A stretch of 64,000 nucleotides of DNA from Antedon mediterranea. Its lineage: Eukaryota > Animalia > Echinodermata. A program made the position numbers and the translations under genes. Position 1 is the stretch's first letter, and the number at the start of each line of letters is the position of its first letter. A model generated the notes under the pieces. It saw only the letters and a list, made by a program, of their open reading frames with translations, did no database searches and was not told the origin of the DNA. The stretch lies in assembly GCF_964355755.1 (NCBI RefSeq), contig NC_092678.1, positions 21,903,365-21,967,364 of the forward strand. Reading direction: 5' to 3'. Of this stretch, positions 62,117-64,000 are shown piece by piece.

Positions 62117-64000
62117 CTACAAGTAAAACGTAAAAATATTTAATTAAACTTTTGAAAAAAAAGTTAAAGATGTATTGTCCCTCAAAAACATAAAACATAT
62201 AGATGAATAAAATCAGATTTTGAATAGGCCATTTTGCAGTTTTAATAAAGTTATTGAATTCACTTCTGTAGAAAAAAAAATCAACAAAAATAATTATTTC
62301 ATTGCATAAAAAGACAAAAGAAACGGTTAATTTTAACCAAAAATCATTGTCTGATAAACAATTTAGGAAATTTTTGCTTTAAATTAGGCCCCTACATATT
62401 TTTTTTCAGGAGAAATTGTTTTTTTCAATCCAGTTTTTTGGTCAAAGTGAATAACTATTGTGACATTAAAAAAATTGCACTATTCAACAAAAAAATGTAA
62501 ATAGGAAAAATATGTCTTTAAAAGAAACCTGCTTGTATATTATAACCATTATAAATATAAGGAAACCAAAAAATATAATTCAAGAACATTGTAAAATTAT
62601 TAATCTTATTCTACACATTTACGTCACTTTAAAATCTTGACCGTTTCAGAGGGTGTCCAGATCAACTTATTTCCTTTACTCATTCCTGCTGACCCATGGA
62701 ATGGCCAGATTTCAAATAATAAGGAAAAACAAACGGTTTCTTTAGTTATTTGATTTATATAGGAGTTTGTACAGACAAACTCATAAGTATGAAAAACTAA
62801 ATCAAACAGAAATGTAATGATAAAGACAAAAACAATGAATATTAAAGTGAACAGTTTAGATTTACTAAGTACAGTATCAATGCATTTTCATTTATTTCCA
62901 ACAGTTTTGAGTGACTTAAAGTTTGCCCAAGGAAAAGAACAGCCCGATAGGTGAGAACCCAACCACGAAATATCAACCACACAATTCCATTTTTTTAATA
63001 TCTACTTTTGATTGCATCTGTTGTGACTGACTGAAGACTGTATAAAATCTTGATTGATTTTTGTTTCTTTATTAAAGCATTGTGTTTCACCTATGACAGT
63101 CTTCCACTCAATGTGCGTTTTTGGCCTTAGGGTTATTGGTTGACACCTATCACATCCCCTTAGGCGACTACGCTTAACCTCAGGCCGCTTTCAATCAGAA
63201 TGGAGTGAAGCGCAGAATGCTAATCAATGGACTCAAATGACAATCTACTGTAAATATGATGGATCAACTAGTTTTTTTTTAAACAATGTTTTAAGTCTTT
63301 TGTCTATCCAGGATCTCTAATTTTTAGGTCCATGTTCTATCTGATAATGAGTTTAAATTATAGTCCTATGCCATCAGAAAAGGTAAGAAAAACAACTTGA
63401 CTAAATTGTCTGCAACAATCTAACTATCAAACTAGTTCCCAAATATGGTGGTGATATACCCAAATATGGTATCTCTAGTAATGTGAAATCATGATGTCCA
63501 TATATTGGCATATCACAATTTTTTGTCACATAAAGTTTGATAGTGTGGACAGAGCTAAAAAGTAAAAAACAAATTTGGGTAATAATATCTTCACCATACA
63601 AATAAAAAAACAAACCAAATAGAAATCACATCATTATTTTCTCTCAAAGTCTTCATTTTTGGTTAAAATATTATTTAATATTGTAAATTAATTTAAAAAC
63701 TATGCCATGTAAAACGTCTCAACTATTTTGAAATTGAAAATAAAGCTAAAATAGAAACATTTCCATCAGGAAATATTGGAGAAAGTATAGGATTGCTGTG
63801 CATGGATTTGATTCCAATGGGAACGGGCTGTAATTAACAGGCTTAATTAACTTGGGATAGATTAATTATCAACTTATTTTGATATTTCAAAAATTGTCAA
63901 CTAAAATAAAACCTGTTATATTTCATTCACAGTATTTTGAAGTATAGTTTGTTATTATGTCTATAAAGTAGAGTAGAAAAATGTTAACTTCTCCTTTGGG

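Noticed and set aside
63075-63245. Possible additional phosphatase exon (GC-richer block next to a minus-strand AG|GTGA)
   Set aside because: No PP2C-like translation recognised; may be regulatory or repeat-derived.

Overview
AT-rich, intron-containing animal genomic DNA. The profilin sequence looks echinoderm-like, but the taxon cannot be proven from this window. Gene order: three tandem intronless profilin paralogs (- strand), dystroglycan (+, 3 coding exons), TSR1 (+, 20 exons), WDR82 (+, 8 exons) and the 3' five exons of a PPM1H/J/M-type PP2C phosphatase (-, 5' end outside the window). The standout is the profilin cluster. One copy is a normal cytosolic profilin. The other two carry an intact N-terminal signal-peptide-like leader, and that leader aligns in frame with the non-coding sequence just upstream of the cytosolic copy's ATG. 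This points to secreted profilins whose signal peptide arose de novo after tandem duplication. Other points: a dystroglycan with a ~560-aa mucin domain and five PPxY motifs, a WDR82-PPM1 convergent pair also seen in human, and a dense repeat landscape (Harbinger, Tc1/pogo, Kolobok and hAT MITEs, Helentron-type HINEs, Deu/Nin-SINEs, LINE tails, hammerhead-like remnants, tRNA pseudogenes, minisatellites). No CRISPR or prokaryotic features. All exon boundaries, counts and alignments were done by eye.
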